Shown here: piece after piece, positions 27,882 to 36,960 of the stretch | How the letters are laid out: every line of letters starts with the position of its first letter | Numbering within the stretch: the stretch's first letter is position 1 | Source of the DNA: an uncultured Candidatus Saccharibacteria bacterium | GTDB taxonomy: Bacteria; Patescibacteriota; Saccharimonadia; CAZBQI01 | Reading direction: 5' to 3' | NCBI GenBank assembly: GCA_964494105.1 | Contig: CAZBQI010000001.1 | Span: 3,126-67,125 of the forward strand | Length of the DNA: 64,000 bases | Position numbers and translations under genes: made by a program | Notes under the pieces: model-generated | What the model was told of the DNA's origin: nothing | Databases searched by the model: none | The model's input: only the letters and a program-made list of their open reading frames with translations

Positions 27882-27971
27882 GGAGGGGTGACCGAGCGGT
27901 TGATGGTGCTAGTCTTGAAAACTAGTGTGCCGGAAACGGTACCGTGGGTTCGAATCCCACCCCCTCCGCCA
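27882..27971 (+). tRNA. tRNA-Ser(TGA)
   Basis: GGAGGGG acceptor, CTAGT-CTTGAAA-ACTAG anticodon arm, long variable arm, GGTTCGAATCC, CCA. Confidence 0.95.
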
Positions 27972-28124
27972 TCCTCCGTCGTTTGCCTTCCGGGCAAACT
28001 ATGGAGGATAGTTGAAAGGTATGAGAACCCAAACTGCGCAGCAGGGGGTTCGTTAATTTAGCCAGCGCGCAAGAATTTATTCTGAGCACTGGCGCGAATT
28101 AGCCATATCCCACCCCCTCCGCCA
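27972..28124 (+). other. 153-nt structured tRNA 3' appendix ending in a duplicated tRNA-Ser 3' end
   Basis: ATCCCACCCCCTCCGCCA at 27954-27971 repeated at 28107-28124; hairpins between. Confidence 0.75.
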
Positions 28125-28154
28125 GCAAGATAATATTTGTTAATGAGGAAGAAT

Positions 28155-28910
28155 ATGAATAAAGACAACTTTGCTCTTATTACCGGTGGCAGCTCTGGAA
28201 TTGGTGCAGCCGTTGCCCAGCTTTTGGCTAAAGAGGGTAAAAACCTCATTTTGGTTGCACGTCGGAAAGATAAGCTCAACGAGATAAAAGCGGATATTGA
28301 GGATAAATATAAGATCACTGTTCAGGTTTATGGTGTAGATCTTAGCGGCACAGATAAAATAGAAGAGTTATTTAACGAGATCAAAAATGTTGACGTTGAT
28401 GTCTTTATAAACAATGCCGGCTTGGCGCTTAGCAAAACCTCATTCGAGGATTACGCCTGGGAAGACTTTAACCAGATGATAGAAATTAACATCAAGGCGT
28501 TTACGCGTGTTGCCCAGCTGGCCATTCCCCATTTAAAGAAAACAACCGGCCATATTGTGAATATTAGCTCGGTTGCAGGGGTAGAAGCGTACGAGGGTGG
28601 TTCGGTTTACTGCGCTTCAAAAGCTTATGTAAGGATGATTAGTAGTGCGCTACGGATAGATTTAATGGGAACGGGGATTCGCGTAACAGATATTGCCCCC
28701 GGTGCAGTCGAAACAGAATTCTCACAAGTGCGCTTTAAAGGAGATACTGAACTGGCCAAGAAAGTGTACGAAGGGTTTACGCCACTGGTTGCTACAGATA
28801 TTGCCGAGGCAATTGTTTTTGCCCTCTCGCGGCCAAAGAGCGTGGACATACAGTACATGCAGATAATGCCAACTGCCCAGGCCAGCGCCACTCGGATTGC
28901 TAAAGAATAG
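28155..28910 (+). CDS. SDR family oxidoreductase (YdfG-like)
   Basis: TGGSSGIG, NNAG, YCASK, IAPGAVETEFS. Confidence 0.92.
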   Translation: MNKDNFALITGGSSGIGAAVAQLLAKEGKNLILVARRKDKLNEIKADIEDKYKITVQVYGVDLSGTDKIEELFNEIKNVDVDVFINNAGLALSKTSFEDYAWEDFNQMIEINIKAFTRVAQLAIPHLKKTTGHIVNISSVAGVEAYEGGSVYCASKAYVRMISSALRIDLMGTGIRVTDIAPGAVETEFSQVRFKGDTELAKKVYEGFTPLVATDIAEAIVFALSRPKSVDIQYMQIMPTAQASATRIAKE

Positions 28911-29736
28911 CCTTTGTTTCGGCTACATCATGCGTGCGGATAATATCGGCGCCGTTTTTGGCTGCAAGTTTAGCTGCAGCCAAAGAGGGCTCGAGCCGCT
29001 CACCTACAGATAGTTTCCCACCTTTGCTTAAAAACCCCTTGCGTGATGCGCCAACCAGAATCCGATATTGGCTAAACCGCTGCTTTAACTCGCGTAAACG
29101 CTCTAATATCTCAAAACTATATTTTGGATCACCGCTTACAAACGCGCCCATGCCGGGGTCGAGTACAATTTGGCTTTCCGCTATTCCATTTAATAATGCG
29201 TAAGCAATGCGTTGCTGCCAAAAATCACCAATTGTTTTTATTACATCGTCGTAGCGCAATAAATTGTTATTCGTTCTGGTTTTATTGCCATTCGCCTGCA
29301 AAGCAACGGCTGCATACATTATGCAGACATCAATTTTAGAGCCTGCCACTAATTGTGCCATGCCCTTACTACCACGCAGCCCGCTGACGTCGTTGAGCAT
29401 ATCTATTCCAAAGTTGAGTGCTTTGGCTAAAACATCACTTTTATAGGTATCGACTGAAACTTTGAAATTGAGTTTCTGTTTTAGTTCTTGGGCAAGCTTG
29501 AGTGCCGGTTCTATTCTTGCCCATTCCTCATTGGCAGAAATATCTTGGCTGCCAGGGCCGGTGCTTTCGCCCCCTATGTCCAAAATGTCTGCCCCTGCAT
29601 TAATGGTTAATTTGAGGTGTTGGCGTAAGTCCTGTTCGCCACCGGACTTTTGGAGACGGCTAGCGTAAAGGCTATCTGGCGTCATGTTAATTACGGCCAT
29701 TAATTGGGGTTGTCTCATTGGCTTAAACTGATCCAA
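28900..29736 (-). CDS. folP: Dihydropteroate synthase
   Basis: INMTPDS, DIGGESTGPG, SVDTY, NDVSG, LDPGMG, GASRKGF, IIRTHDV. Confidence 0.93.
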   Translation of the reverse strand: MDQFKPMRQPQLMAVINMTPDSLYASRLQKSGGEQDLRQHLKLTINAGADILDIGGESTGPGSQDISANEEWARIEPALKLAQELKQKLNFKVSVDTYKSDVLAKALNFGIDMLNDVSGLRGSKGMAQLVAGSKIDVCIMYAAVALQANGNKTRTNNNLLRYDDVIKTIGDFWQQRIAYALLNGIAESQIVLDPGMGAFVSGDPKYSFEILERLRELKQRFSQYRILVGASRKGFLSKGGKLSVGERLEPSLAAAKLAAKNGADIIRTHDVAETKAIL

Positions 29737-30541
29737 ATGTTTTTAGCTTGTATAAATCTTGGATTTTTTTGGTAAAGGTGCCCGGAACCTTAAATACGTG
29801 CTCATCAAGTATCGCTACAGGCACCACACCGCGAACAGTACTGGTAATGAACATTTCGTCAGCCCCGAAAAATTCACTTAAACTTACTTCGCGCTCATCT
29901 GTCGGCATCAGGTTAGAAGCTACGTGCAAGACAATACTGCGCGTGATTCCGCCCAATATATACTTTGCCGGAGTGATGAGTTTGCCCGATTTTACCGCAA
30001 ATATATTACAAAAACTGCCTTCTCTAGTGTAGTTATCGGTGCCTACCAATAACGCCTCGTCTGCCCCCTTTTTGTGGGCGTATTGTTGAGCCAAAATGTT
30101 GGCGATCATTGAGGTAGATTTTATTTCTGGTGCGGTTCGGGCAATTTTATAACTCACCATTGTTAACGGTTTTAGCTCATCATTTTTAATGGCTTTGGCC
30201 GTAATTAAAATCGTTGGCTGGCCGGCTTTATTGACGACGAAGTTTGCTGAGCCGGCGGTGAGGGTTATGCGAATACGCAGATCATCACCCTTAAAACAGC
30301 AATTTTTTTGCACTAAATCTTCTAGCACGGTGTCGAGCTCGGCTTTTGCAATTGGCATGGGAATTTGCAGAGAACGAGCGGATATCTTAAGGCGTTCAAA
30401 GTGCTCGTGTACGTACTTGAGTTGGCCGTTGTAAGTGCGCAGTGTTTCGTAAACACCATGACCAAATAAGAACCCGGCATCGCTGATTGGGGTTGTAGCC
30501 GATTCCTCGTCTAGATATTGGCCATTTAAGTAGATAAACAT
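29723..30541 (-). CDS. Aminotransferase class IV (IlvE/PabC-like)
   Basis: D.GFLFGHGVYETLR, HFERL, EG..CNIF, ILGGITR, ADEMFITST; start MFIYLNG. Confidence 0.9.
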   Translation of the reverse strand: MFIYLNGQYLDEESATTPISDAGFLFGHGVYETLRTYNGQLKYVHEHFERLKISARSLQIPMPIAKAELDTVLEDLVQKNCCFKGDDLRIRITLTAGSANFVVNKAGQPTILITAKAIKNDELKPLTMVSYKIARTAPEIKSTSMIANILAQQYAHKKGADEALLVGTDNYTREGSFCNIFAVKSGKLITPAKYILGGITRSIVLHVASNLMPTDEREVSLSEFFGADEMFITSTVRGVVPVAILDEHVFKVPGTFTKKIQDLYKLKTFGSV

Positions 30542-30637
30542 AAAATTTACACCTTTGAACGCATAGTAACACAGAATTGATATGCTACAATAACCTCTGT
30601 TACTTTGCGAACATTTACTTTTGCGAAGCATGCAGAT

Positions 30638-30730
30638 GGAGAGGTACCCAAGAGGCTGAAGGGGCTGGTTTGCTAAACCGGTAGGTCGGGGAAACCTGGC
30701 GCGGGAGTTCGAATCTCCCCCTCTCCGCCA
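30638..30730 (+). tRNA. tRNA-Ser(GCT)
   Basis: CTGGT-TTGCTAA-ACCGG anticodon arm, long variable arm, AGTTCGAATCT, CCA. Confidence 0.95.
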
Positions 30731-30813
30731 ATTATTGATGGCAATAAACATCGTGAGTATGCACCGAGATAACGAGAGAGATAAACGCTTATGTCTGCTG
30801 TATAATACTTTGT

Positions 30814-31425
30814 ATGAATCCAGAGCAAGAAACAAAGTCGGGAAATCAAGCTGAAAAAAATGAGTTAGCTAAAAACATGTCGACAAGCTCAACACAGTCG
30901 TCAAGTAAGCTTGCCGAATCTGAAGCTAGCCCAGATAAGCAATTTGATGATGCCCCGGATCCTGAGGCTGAGCTTTTTGCTTGGGAGGCGTCGGAATATA
31001 TTGAACATAATCGCAATGCGATGTGGTATGTGATTTTTACAGTGGTGACAATATTGTTGGCTGGTGGCTCGGTAGTTTTACTGCGCGAATGGCTGGGAGG
31101 CGTGGTGTTAATTCTGATGGCAATTGCAGTGCTTATGTTTGCGCGTCGACCCCCGAAAACCCTTAAGTGTAGCTTACAAAATAGTGGTATAAATGTTGGC
31201 GAGCGTTTTTATCCTTACGTTTCGTTTCGGTCATTCAGCTTAGTATCGGACGGAGCGCTAGAGAGTCTAGAGTTCGATCCGTTGAAGCGATTTATGCCAC
31301 GATTAAGCGTTTTCTTTGCACCTACCGACGAAGCGAAAGTACTGAGCGTTCTATCTTCGCGTCTTCCACAGGGCGACCGAGAGCAAGACGTTGTTGATCG
31401 ATTAGCGCGTAAACTTAAAATTTAG
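30814..31425 (+). CDS. Conserved hypothetical membrane protein (two TM + PH-like domain)
   Basis: WEASEYIEH.R...WY, two TMs, YPY..FRSF, DRLARKLKI. Confidence 0.7.
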   Translation: MNPEQETKSGNQAEKNELAKNMSTSSTQSSSKLAESEASPDKQFDDAPDPEAELFAWEASEYIEHNRNAMWYVIFTVVTILLAGGSVVLLREWLGGVVLILMAIAVLMFARRPPKTLKCSLQNSGINVGERFYPYVSFRSFSLVSDGALESLEFDPLKRFMPRLSVFFAPTDEAKVLSVLSSRLPQGDREQDVVDRLARKLKI

Positions 31426-31591
31426 GTGATCGCATCGCCATTAGCATGAATTTTAACCGGGCAGGCAACCCATCGACAGATACAAACGGCACTGCCCTTG
31501 ATCAGATCTTTAGCGATGTAATGGTTCAGCCGCATATTGCTTAGTTGTAGATTTTTTTTATGGTACGTACTTTGAGTCGATCAAGAACTAC

Positions 31592-31975
31592 TTAATGGTC
31601 TGGACGTAAATATAGTCGCCAAAGCGTTTTTAGATATCCGTGACGTAGGCTATAAACCAATGATGCTAAAAAGCCGACAGGGTCATTAATGGCAGTGTGT
31701 AGGTGCGCGCGTATTTCTTTGCCGTATCTACCAAGCCACAAGTGCTTGTCTTCAAAGTGATAAACTTCGTGTCGCAAAACAGCCCGCTTCACTCTCTTTG
31801 GTAAACCATTTATAAGATAAATTTTGCCGGCATAGTTATATCCTGAAATATAAAGACCAGATTCTTGAAATTTTTCGCCGTTGACGTAATTAATCGGGTA
31901 ATTTTTATCGTTCGCTCTATAGGTTACTTGCTTAGTAACTTTTAGAGTATCGGCAATATCGCTTAGTTTAGTCAT
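31592..31975 (-). CDS. Small hypothetical protein with HExxH motif (possible metallopeptidase)
   Basis: VLRHEVYH followed by E..A. Confidence 0.55.
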   Translation of the reverse strand: MTKLSDIADTLKVTKQVTYRANDKNYPINYVNGEKFQESGLYISGYNYAGKIYLINGLPKRVKRAVLRHEVYHFEDKHLWLGRYGKEIRAHLHTAINDPVGFLASLVYSLRHGYLKTLWRLYLRPDH

Positions 31976-31990
31976 AAAGTAAAAAGCTAG

Positions 31991-32142
31991 TGGTACGCCC
32001 GACAGAAGTAGCGGCTGCGCCTTCTCCGCTCAAAAGTGCTCGAAGTAAACTTCTGCGCGCTTTATCGCTTCGCCGAACCTCAACGGTTCGTATTCGCTAC
32101 GCGAATCTACCAGTGAAAAAGCCGGCACGCCGGCACTTTCAC
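31991..32142 (-). other. 152-nt structured tRNA 3' appendix ending in a duplicated tRNA-Arg 3' end
   Basis: TGGTACGCCCGACAG at 32143-32157 repeated at 31991-32005. Confidence 0.75.
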
Positions 32143-32219
32143 TGGTACGCCCGACAGGATTCGAACCTGTGACCTCTGGCTCCGCAAGCCAACGCTCTAT
32201 CCAGCTGAGCTACGGGCGC
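32143..32219 (-). tRNA. tRNA-Arg(GCG)
   Basis: GCGCCCGTAGCTCAGCTGGATAGAGC, TTGGC-TTGCGGA-GCCAG, GGTTCGAATCC, ACCA. Confidence 0.93.
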
Positions 32220-32294
32220 TCGTCGCCATCTGCTTTCAGCATTCGTTTACAAAAAGATATTTTGCAAACTCTAGCTTCTCGCGATGTCTACTCT

Positions 32295-32330
32295 TAAATT
32301 AACAAGTAGCTATAGCTACTTGTTAATTTA
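32295..32330. repeat. Perfect 36-bp palindrome
   Basis: TAAATTAACAAGTAGCTA|TAGCTACTTGTTAATTTA. Confidence 0.9.
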
Positions 32331-32394
32331 GTATAAGTAAGGACAAATACTATCATATCAGATAAAGAGTTACGCTATAATTACACCAGAATGA

Positions 32395-32500
32395 GGAGAG
32401 GTGACCGAGCGGTTGAAGGTGCTGCTTCGATCAATGTCAAACAATTTGTTTGACATGAGTAGCTTGCTGTTACAATTTAAAACAGCAAGCGCTAAAGCAG
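32395..32500 (+). pseudogene. tRNA-Ser 5' fragment with hairpin insertion
   Basis: GGAGAGGTGACCGAGCGGTTGAAGGTGCTGCT acceptor 5' strand and D arm, then two hairpins; no T arm. Confidence 0.6.
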
Positions 32501-32509
32501 TGCAAATAT

Positions 32510-32599
32510 GGAGAGGTGCTGGAGCGGTTGAACAGGACGGTCTCGAAAACCGTTGGTCATTTCGGTGACCCGTGGGTTCGAATCCCACCCTCTCCGCCA
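32510..32599 (+). tRNA. tRNA-Ser(CGA)
   Basis: ACGGT-CTCGAAA-ACCGT anticodon arm, variable arm, GGTTCGAATCC, CCA. Confidence 0.95.
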
Positions 32600-32609
32600 A
32601 GGTTGAACT

Positions 32610-33200
32610 ATGACAAATATATATCTAACACTTGGTATACTCAGCGGGCTTCTAATTATTGTGGCCGATATTCCCTACGCCCTCGACTCGCTCAAGGGCA
32701 AAACTAAGCCCCACCGAATAACTTGGGGGACTATTTGTTTATTAAACATAATCGGTATTGCCAATCAGGCTGCCAGTGGAGCCAAAGGTTCGCTTGGTTT
32801 ATTTATTGGAATGGCTTTGGCAACGGCTGTTATTTTTGCAATATCACTTTTTAAGGGCGTTGGTGGCCACACCAAGCTTGATATTGCCTGCCTAATAGGT
32901 GCCGGACTAGGATTGCTACTTTGGTACGCGCTCAAAACACCGACTGCGTCGATTATTGCTAATTTATTTGTTGCTACTTTCGCGATGATACCAACACTAC
33001 AGAAGGCCTATGTTGCGCCCGGTAGCGAAACTAGAATTACCTGGCTTATAGGCACGCTGGCGGCTTGTCTGGGAATATTAGCTGTTAATAGCTCAAGCGG
33101 TATACTGTATGTAATGCCGGTATATGCTGCATTGTCGCAACTTGCAGTATATTTAATACTGGTTCTTAAGAATAATTCGGGGAGTATAAATGAACGATAA
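32610..33200 (+). CDS. Multi-pass membrane protein (PQ-loop-like)
   Basis: PY...LKGKTKPHRITW and PTLQKAY..P.SET..TW internal repeat; ~7 TMs. Confidence 0.7.
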   Translation: MTNIYLTLGILSGLLIIVADIPYALDSLKGKTKPHRITWGTICLLNIIGIANQAASGAKGSLGLFIGMALATAVIFAISLFKGVGGHTKLDIACLIGAGLGLLLWYALKTPTASIIANLFVATFAMIPTLQKAYVAPGSETRITWLIGTLAACLGILAVNSSSGILYVMPVYAALSQLAVYLILVLKNNSGSINER

Positions 33201-34143
33201 TCCACAGATTGTAGTAGCCGGCTCAATTGCGTTTGACCGGATTATGAATTACGCCGGTCGATTTAAAGACGTCATTAAGCCGGAGAAAATTCATGTGTTA
33301 TCTTTGAGCATATTGCTCGACAAAATCGAGGACACACGTGGAGGTATCGCAGCGAATATTGCTTACAACTTAGCCCTACTCAAAGAAAACCCGGTGCTAC
33401 TGGGCAGTATTGGACCAGATGGTTCAATCTACGTTGAACATATGCAGAGGCTGGGGGTGAACATCGATTATTTGCATTTTAGCGAATTGCCCACAGCTAC
33501 TTTTAATGTTTTTACCGACAAAGACGACAATCAAATTGGTGGTTTTTATGGTGGCGCCATGAATGATAGCGCTCGACTTACTCTTGAGCCCTGGTACAAC
33601 AGTAATTCAATAATTGTTATTTCTCCCCATCACCCACCGGCCATGCGTCGTCAATTGGCCGAGGCCAAGACGCATAATATGCGCGTGGTTTACGATATAT
33701 CTCAGCAGGTGGCTAACTGTCCGGTCGAAGATCTGCGGGCAGGCATTGAGGTTGCTGAACTAGTTGTAGTAAACGACTACGAAGCGGCTATGCTGTTTGA
33801 GCGTTCCGGTTATTCGCAAAAGGAAGTTATTGATATGTTGGATGTTTTGGTAATAACCAGAGGTAAGGAAGGTTCAGATATATATGCACACAAGTACAAG
33901 CCACTAAAAGTAAAAGCTGTATTATCAGACAACCAACAAGACCCAACCGGTGCCGGTGACGCCTATCGAGCCGGTTTCTTGTATGGCTATGTGCGAAGTT
34001 GGGATTTAGAAATCTGCGGGCAAATGGGCGCAGTGGCGGCCTCGTTTGCGGTAGAAGAACACGGAACGCAGAAGCACTATTTCGATATCGAGGGTTACAA
34101 ACAACGATACAAAGAAAGTTTTGGGCAAGAAATATCATTATAG
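33190..34143 (+). CDS. PfkB-family carbohydrate kinase (adenosine kinase-like)
   Basis: GSIAFDRIM, GGIAANIAY, NDYE, DPTGAGDAYRAG; upstream of ahcY. Confidence 0.9.
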   Translation: MNDNPQIVVAGSIAFDRIMNYAGRFKDVIKPEKIHVLSLSILLDKIEDTRGGIAANIAYNLALLKENPVLLGSIGPDGSIYVEHMQRLGVNIDYLHFSELPTATFNVFTDKDDNQIGGFYGGAMNDSARLTLEPWYNSNSIIVISPHHPPAMRRQLAEAKTHNMRVVYDISQQVANCPVEDLRAGIEVAELVVVNDYEAAMLFERSGYSQKEVIDMLDVLVITRGKEGSDIYAHKYKPLKVKAVLSDNQQDPTGAGDAYRAGFLYGYVRSWDLEICGQMGAVAASFAVEEHGTQKHYFDIEGYKQRYKESFGQEISL

Positions 34144-34155
34144 TTTTATTAAATA

Positions 34156-34277
34156 ACTTTTGGGTGCAAAAGTAACAAAACTTTCCGAATAGGACGAAAT
34201 ACTCGATGTAAATGTTTCTCTTCAAGAAGCAGGAACCTGCGGTACTCTGCACCTAAGGCGCTATCGGACAGTCCTCG
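34156..34277. repeat. Dispersed structured intergenic repeat, copy 1
   Basis: ACTTTTG..CAAAAGT hairpin plus CTGCGGTACTCTGC...ACAGTCCTCG, homologous to 45803-45937. Confidence 0.6.
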
Positions 34278-34354
34278 ATTCTTGCATCTTTCACTAGCAC
34301 ATTTACTCGTGATCTCTCTATATTCGGGTTTAGGATTAAGTCTTATAAGTTCAA

Positions 34355-34396
34355 TAATTACTTGCTACAGACAGCATGATACTTGATACTAATAAG
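34355..34396 (+). repeat. Heptamer array directly upstream of ahcY start
   Basis: TAATTAC-TTGCTAC-AGACAGC-ATGATAC-TTGATAC-TAATAAG-ATG. Confidence 0.6.
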
Positions 34397-35680
34397 ATGA
34401 GTGACTACAAAATAGCTGATATAAAACTTGCAAAATTTGGGCGTGACGAAATAGCTTTGGCCGAGGACGAAATGCCGGGCTTGATGTCGTTACGACGTGA
34501 ATTCGGCAAGTCAAAGCCGCTCAAAGGAGCGCGCATAACCGGTTCAATTCATATGACCGTCCAGACAGCCGTACTAGTAGAGACCCTACAAGCGCTGGGT
34601 GCCGAAGTTCGCTGGAGTTCGTGCAATATATTTTCGACCCAAGACCACGCAGCCGCGGCACTGGCCAAGGCAGGTACGCCGGTTTTTGCCTGGAAGGGTG
34701 AGAGCGAAGAGGAATATTGGTGGTGTATCGATCAAACCTTGAAGTTCAAAGACGGGCCAAATTTGCTGCTTGATGACGGCGGTGACCTGACGGCACGAGT
34801 GCACGATAAATTCCCCAAACTAATTCCTAGCCTGCGGGGTGTTAGCGAGGAGACCACCACCGGGGTCAAGCAATTAACCAAATGGGTGCGCGACGGCACA
34901 CTCAAGATCCCGGCTATTAATGTAAATGATTCTGTAACGAAATCTAAATTTGACAACCTCTACGGTTGCCGTGAGTCGCTGGTGGATGGCATTAAACGCG
35001 CCACCGATATAATGCTAGCGGGTAAAGTGGTGCTGGTGGCAGGCTTTGGCGACGTGGGCAAAGGTAGCGCTGCTAGTTTGCGTTCGTATGGCGCGCGCGT
35101 ATTGGTAAGCGAAGTTGACCCGATTTGTGCTTTACAGGCGCTGATGGAAGGCTATGAGGTGGTTACTATGGACGAGGCCGCTGCTAGAGCCAATATATTT
35201 GTTACAGCTACTGGCAATCGCGACATTATTACGCTAGAGCATATGAAACAAATGCCAAATGGCGCAATTGTCTGTAACATTGGCCATTTTGATACCGAAA
35301 TTCAGGTAAATGAGCTAAATAAAGCCAAAGGCGTAAGGCGAGAAACCATTAAACCCTTGGTAGATAAATATACTTTCCCAAGTGGCAAATCAATTGTACT
35401 TTTAAGCGAGGGGCGACTAGTAAACCTTGGTAATGCCACCGGCCACCCCAGCTTTGTTATGAGCAATTCGTTTAGTAACCAAGTTCTGGCGCAAATTGAA
35501 CTATTTACCAAGCACTACTCTATCGGCGTACACCGCTTAAGCAAGAAACTGGACGAGAAAGTGGCTGCTATTCATGTCGAGGCGTTGGGGGCGAAGCTCA
35601 CCAAACTAAGCAGTGACCAGGCCGAATACCTGGGTGTTGATCCGGATGGACCGTACAAAGCCGATCATTATAGGTACTAA
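34397..35680 (+). CDS. ahcY: Adenosylhomocysteinase
   Basis: [54 protein letters not shown]. Confidence 0.98.
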   Translation: MSDYKIADIKLAKFGRDEIALAEDEMPGLMSLRREFGKSKPLKGARITGSIHMTVQTAVLVETLQALGAEVRWSSCNIFSTQDHAAAALAKAGTPVFAWKGESEEEYWWCIDQTLKFKDGPNLLLDDGGDLTARVHDKFPKLIPSLRGVSEETTTGVKQLTKWVRDGTLKIPAINVNDSVTKSKFDNLYGCRESLVDGIKRATDIMLAGKVVLVAGFGDVGKGSAASLRSYGARVLVSEVDPICALQALMEGYEVVTMDEAAARANIFVTATGNRDIITLEHMKQMPNGAIVCNIGHFDTEIQVNELNKAKGVRRETIKPLVDKYTFPSGKSIVLLSEGRLVNLGNATGHPSFVMSNSFSNQVLAQIELFTKHYSIGVHRLSKKLDEKVAAIHVEALGAKLTKLSSDQAEYLGVDPDGPYKADHYRY

Positions 35681-36447
35681 GCCGTAGCTGCAGTTAGTGC
35701 ATCACTAGCTTCATGCATCAGGTGGTCGTACTGATCGGGTTGCAGTCTCTTTTGCTCAATTAAGCCCTGCACCATGTTTTCTACGGGCTCATTACCGATT
35801 GCTAGCTGTATGCCGGGTGTTACTTTTTGTCCAGTAATAGCGGCTTCTACTGTTAGTACGGGTAAGAGCGCATGGGCTTTATCTACCACAGGGTAAAATG
35901 TTCCATTAGCTAGATTAATGCCTGCCGTGTCGGCTGAAGCGATGTCGCATTTTATATCCCCTGCCTCGAATTGCTCAAAACTAACACGTGGCAATAGTAA
36001 TCCATCAGAGTGATCGCCAGTTAAATATAGTCCAAATGTATTTTCACCCTTTTCATTAGGACCAATAATCCCAAAAACTGTGTCTGTTGCTCTTAAAGCT
36101 TGATCGGCGGTAATTAAGTTTGCCCTAAGCACATGGACTCGTTCAGCATATTCCCGGTGTAGCTTCTGTGATGGATCGTGTCGCATATTGCCAACAAATC
36201 TCATGCTTGGAACCTGCCTTAAAGCAACCAACGTGGCAGCTCTATTAAGTGCAGCATTTGGCCCCTCAAAATGGCTAAGCCTATCTTGCAATTCATCAAA
36301 AATGCTGCGAGCGTTATCTGATAGCTCCCAGCGAGTATATGTTGTAGCTTCTGCACGGGGTACCCAGATGCTTTGCAACTCATTGGGCGCTATAAATTCT
36401 GGCATCCATTCATAGTATGTAGCAGGGTCGTTATCGTTATTTATCAT
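35677..36447 (-). CDS. Hypothetical protein
   Basis: Long ORF; likely start MINNDND (annotated upstream extension overlaps the HIT gene). Confidence 0.6.
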   Translation of the reverse strand: MINNDNDPATYYEWMPEFIAPNELQSIWVPRAEATTYTRWELSDNARSIFDELQDRLSHFEGPNAALNRAATLVALRQVPSMRFVGNMRHDPSQKLHREYAERVHVLRANLITADQALRATDTVFGIIGPNEKGENTFGLYLTGDHSDGLLLPRVSFEQFEAGDIKCDIASADTAGINLANGTFYPVVDKAHALLPVLTVEAAITGQKVTPGIQLAIGNEPVENMVQGLIEQKRLQPDQYDHLMHEASDALTAATA

Positions 36448-36502
36448 CAAACTTATAGTGACATAATATGATAAGAAAGTCAAAACATGTATAATGAGTT
36501 TT

Positions 36503-36907
36503 ATGGATAAAAAAGACTGTATTTTTTGCCAAGTTGTCACTGGCACTAACCCGACAAACAAAGTTTACGAAGACGACGACGTGTTGGCATTTTTAGATAT
36601 TCACCCTGTTAATCCCGGTCATACACTGGTTATTCCCAAGGAGCACACAGAATTTTTCGAAGACATGGGTGGCGAACGCTACCAGCACGTGATGAACGTG
36701 GTGCACATGATGGCCCGAAAAATTAAAACGGAACTTAAGCCCGCCAGAGTAGGCCTAATGATTTGGGGTTTTGAAGTCCCCCACACTCACATTCACGTAG
36801 TACCCCTCAATAAAGCCGAAGATTTTGGCATGAACCGTAAGCCCGGCTATGAAGCTAGCGACGAAGAGCTGAAGGCTATAAAAGCTAAACTAGACCAAAC
36901 CGCTTAA
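36503..36907 (+). CDS. HIT family protein
   Basis: DCIFC, FLDIHP, GHTLVIPK, VPHTHIHVVP. Confidence 0.93.
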   Translation: MDKKDCIFCQVVTGTNPTNKVYEDDDVLAFLDIHPVNPGHTLVIPKEHTEFFEDMGGERYQHVMNVVHMMARKIKTELKPARVGLMIWGFEVPHTHIHVVPLNKAEDFGMNRKPGYEASDEELKAIKAKLDQTA

Positions 36908-36960
36908 CCTTGCATTTTCTATTAAAAAGGTAAATACTACCTCGAGAAAGAGGCAACATA

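Noticed and set aside
30542-30835. N-terminal extension of the aminotransferase ORF given in the track
   Set aside because: Overlaps tRNA-Ser(GCT) antisense; homology begins at MFIYLNG (30541).
34144-34396. SAH or SAM riboswitch upstream of ahcY
   Set aside because: Could not find the SAH consensus (GAGGAGCG...AGGCUC...CGCU) or a SAM-I core; the region is explained by the dispersed repeat and heptamer array.
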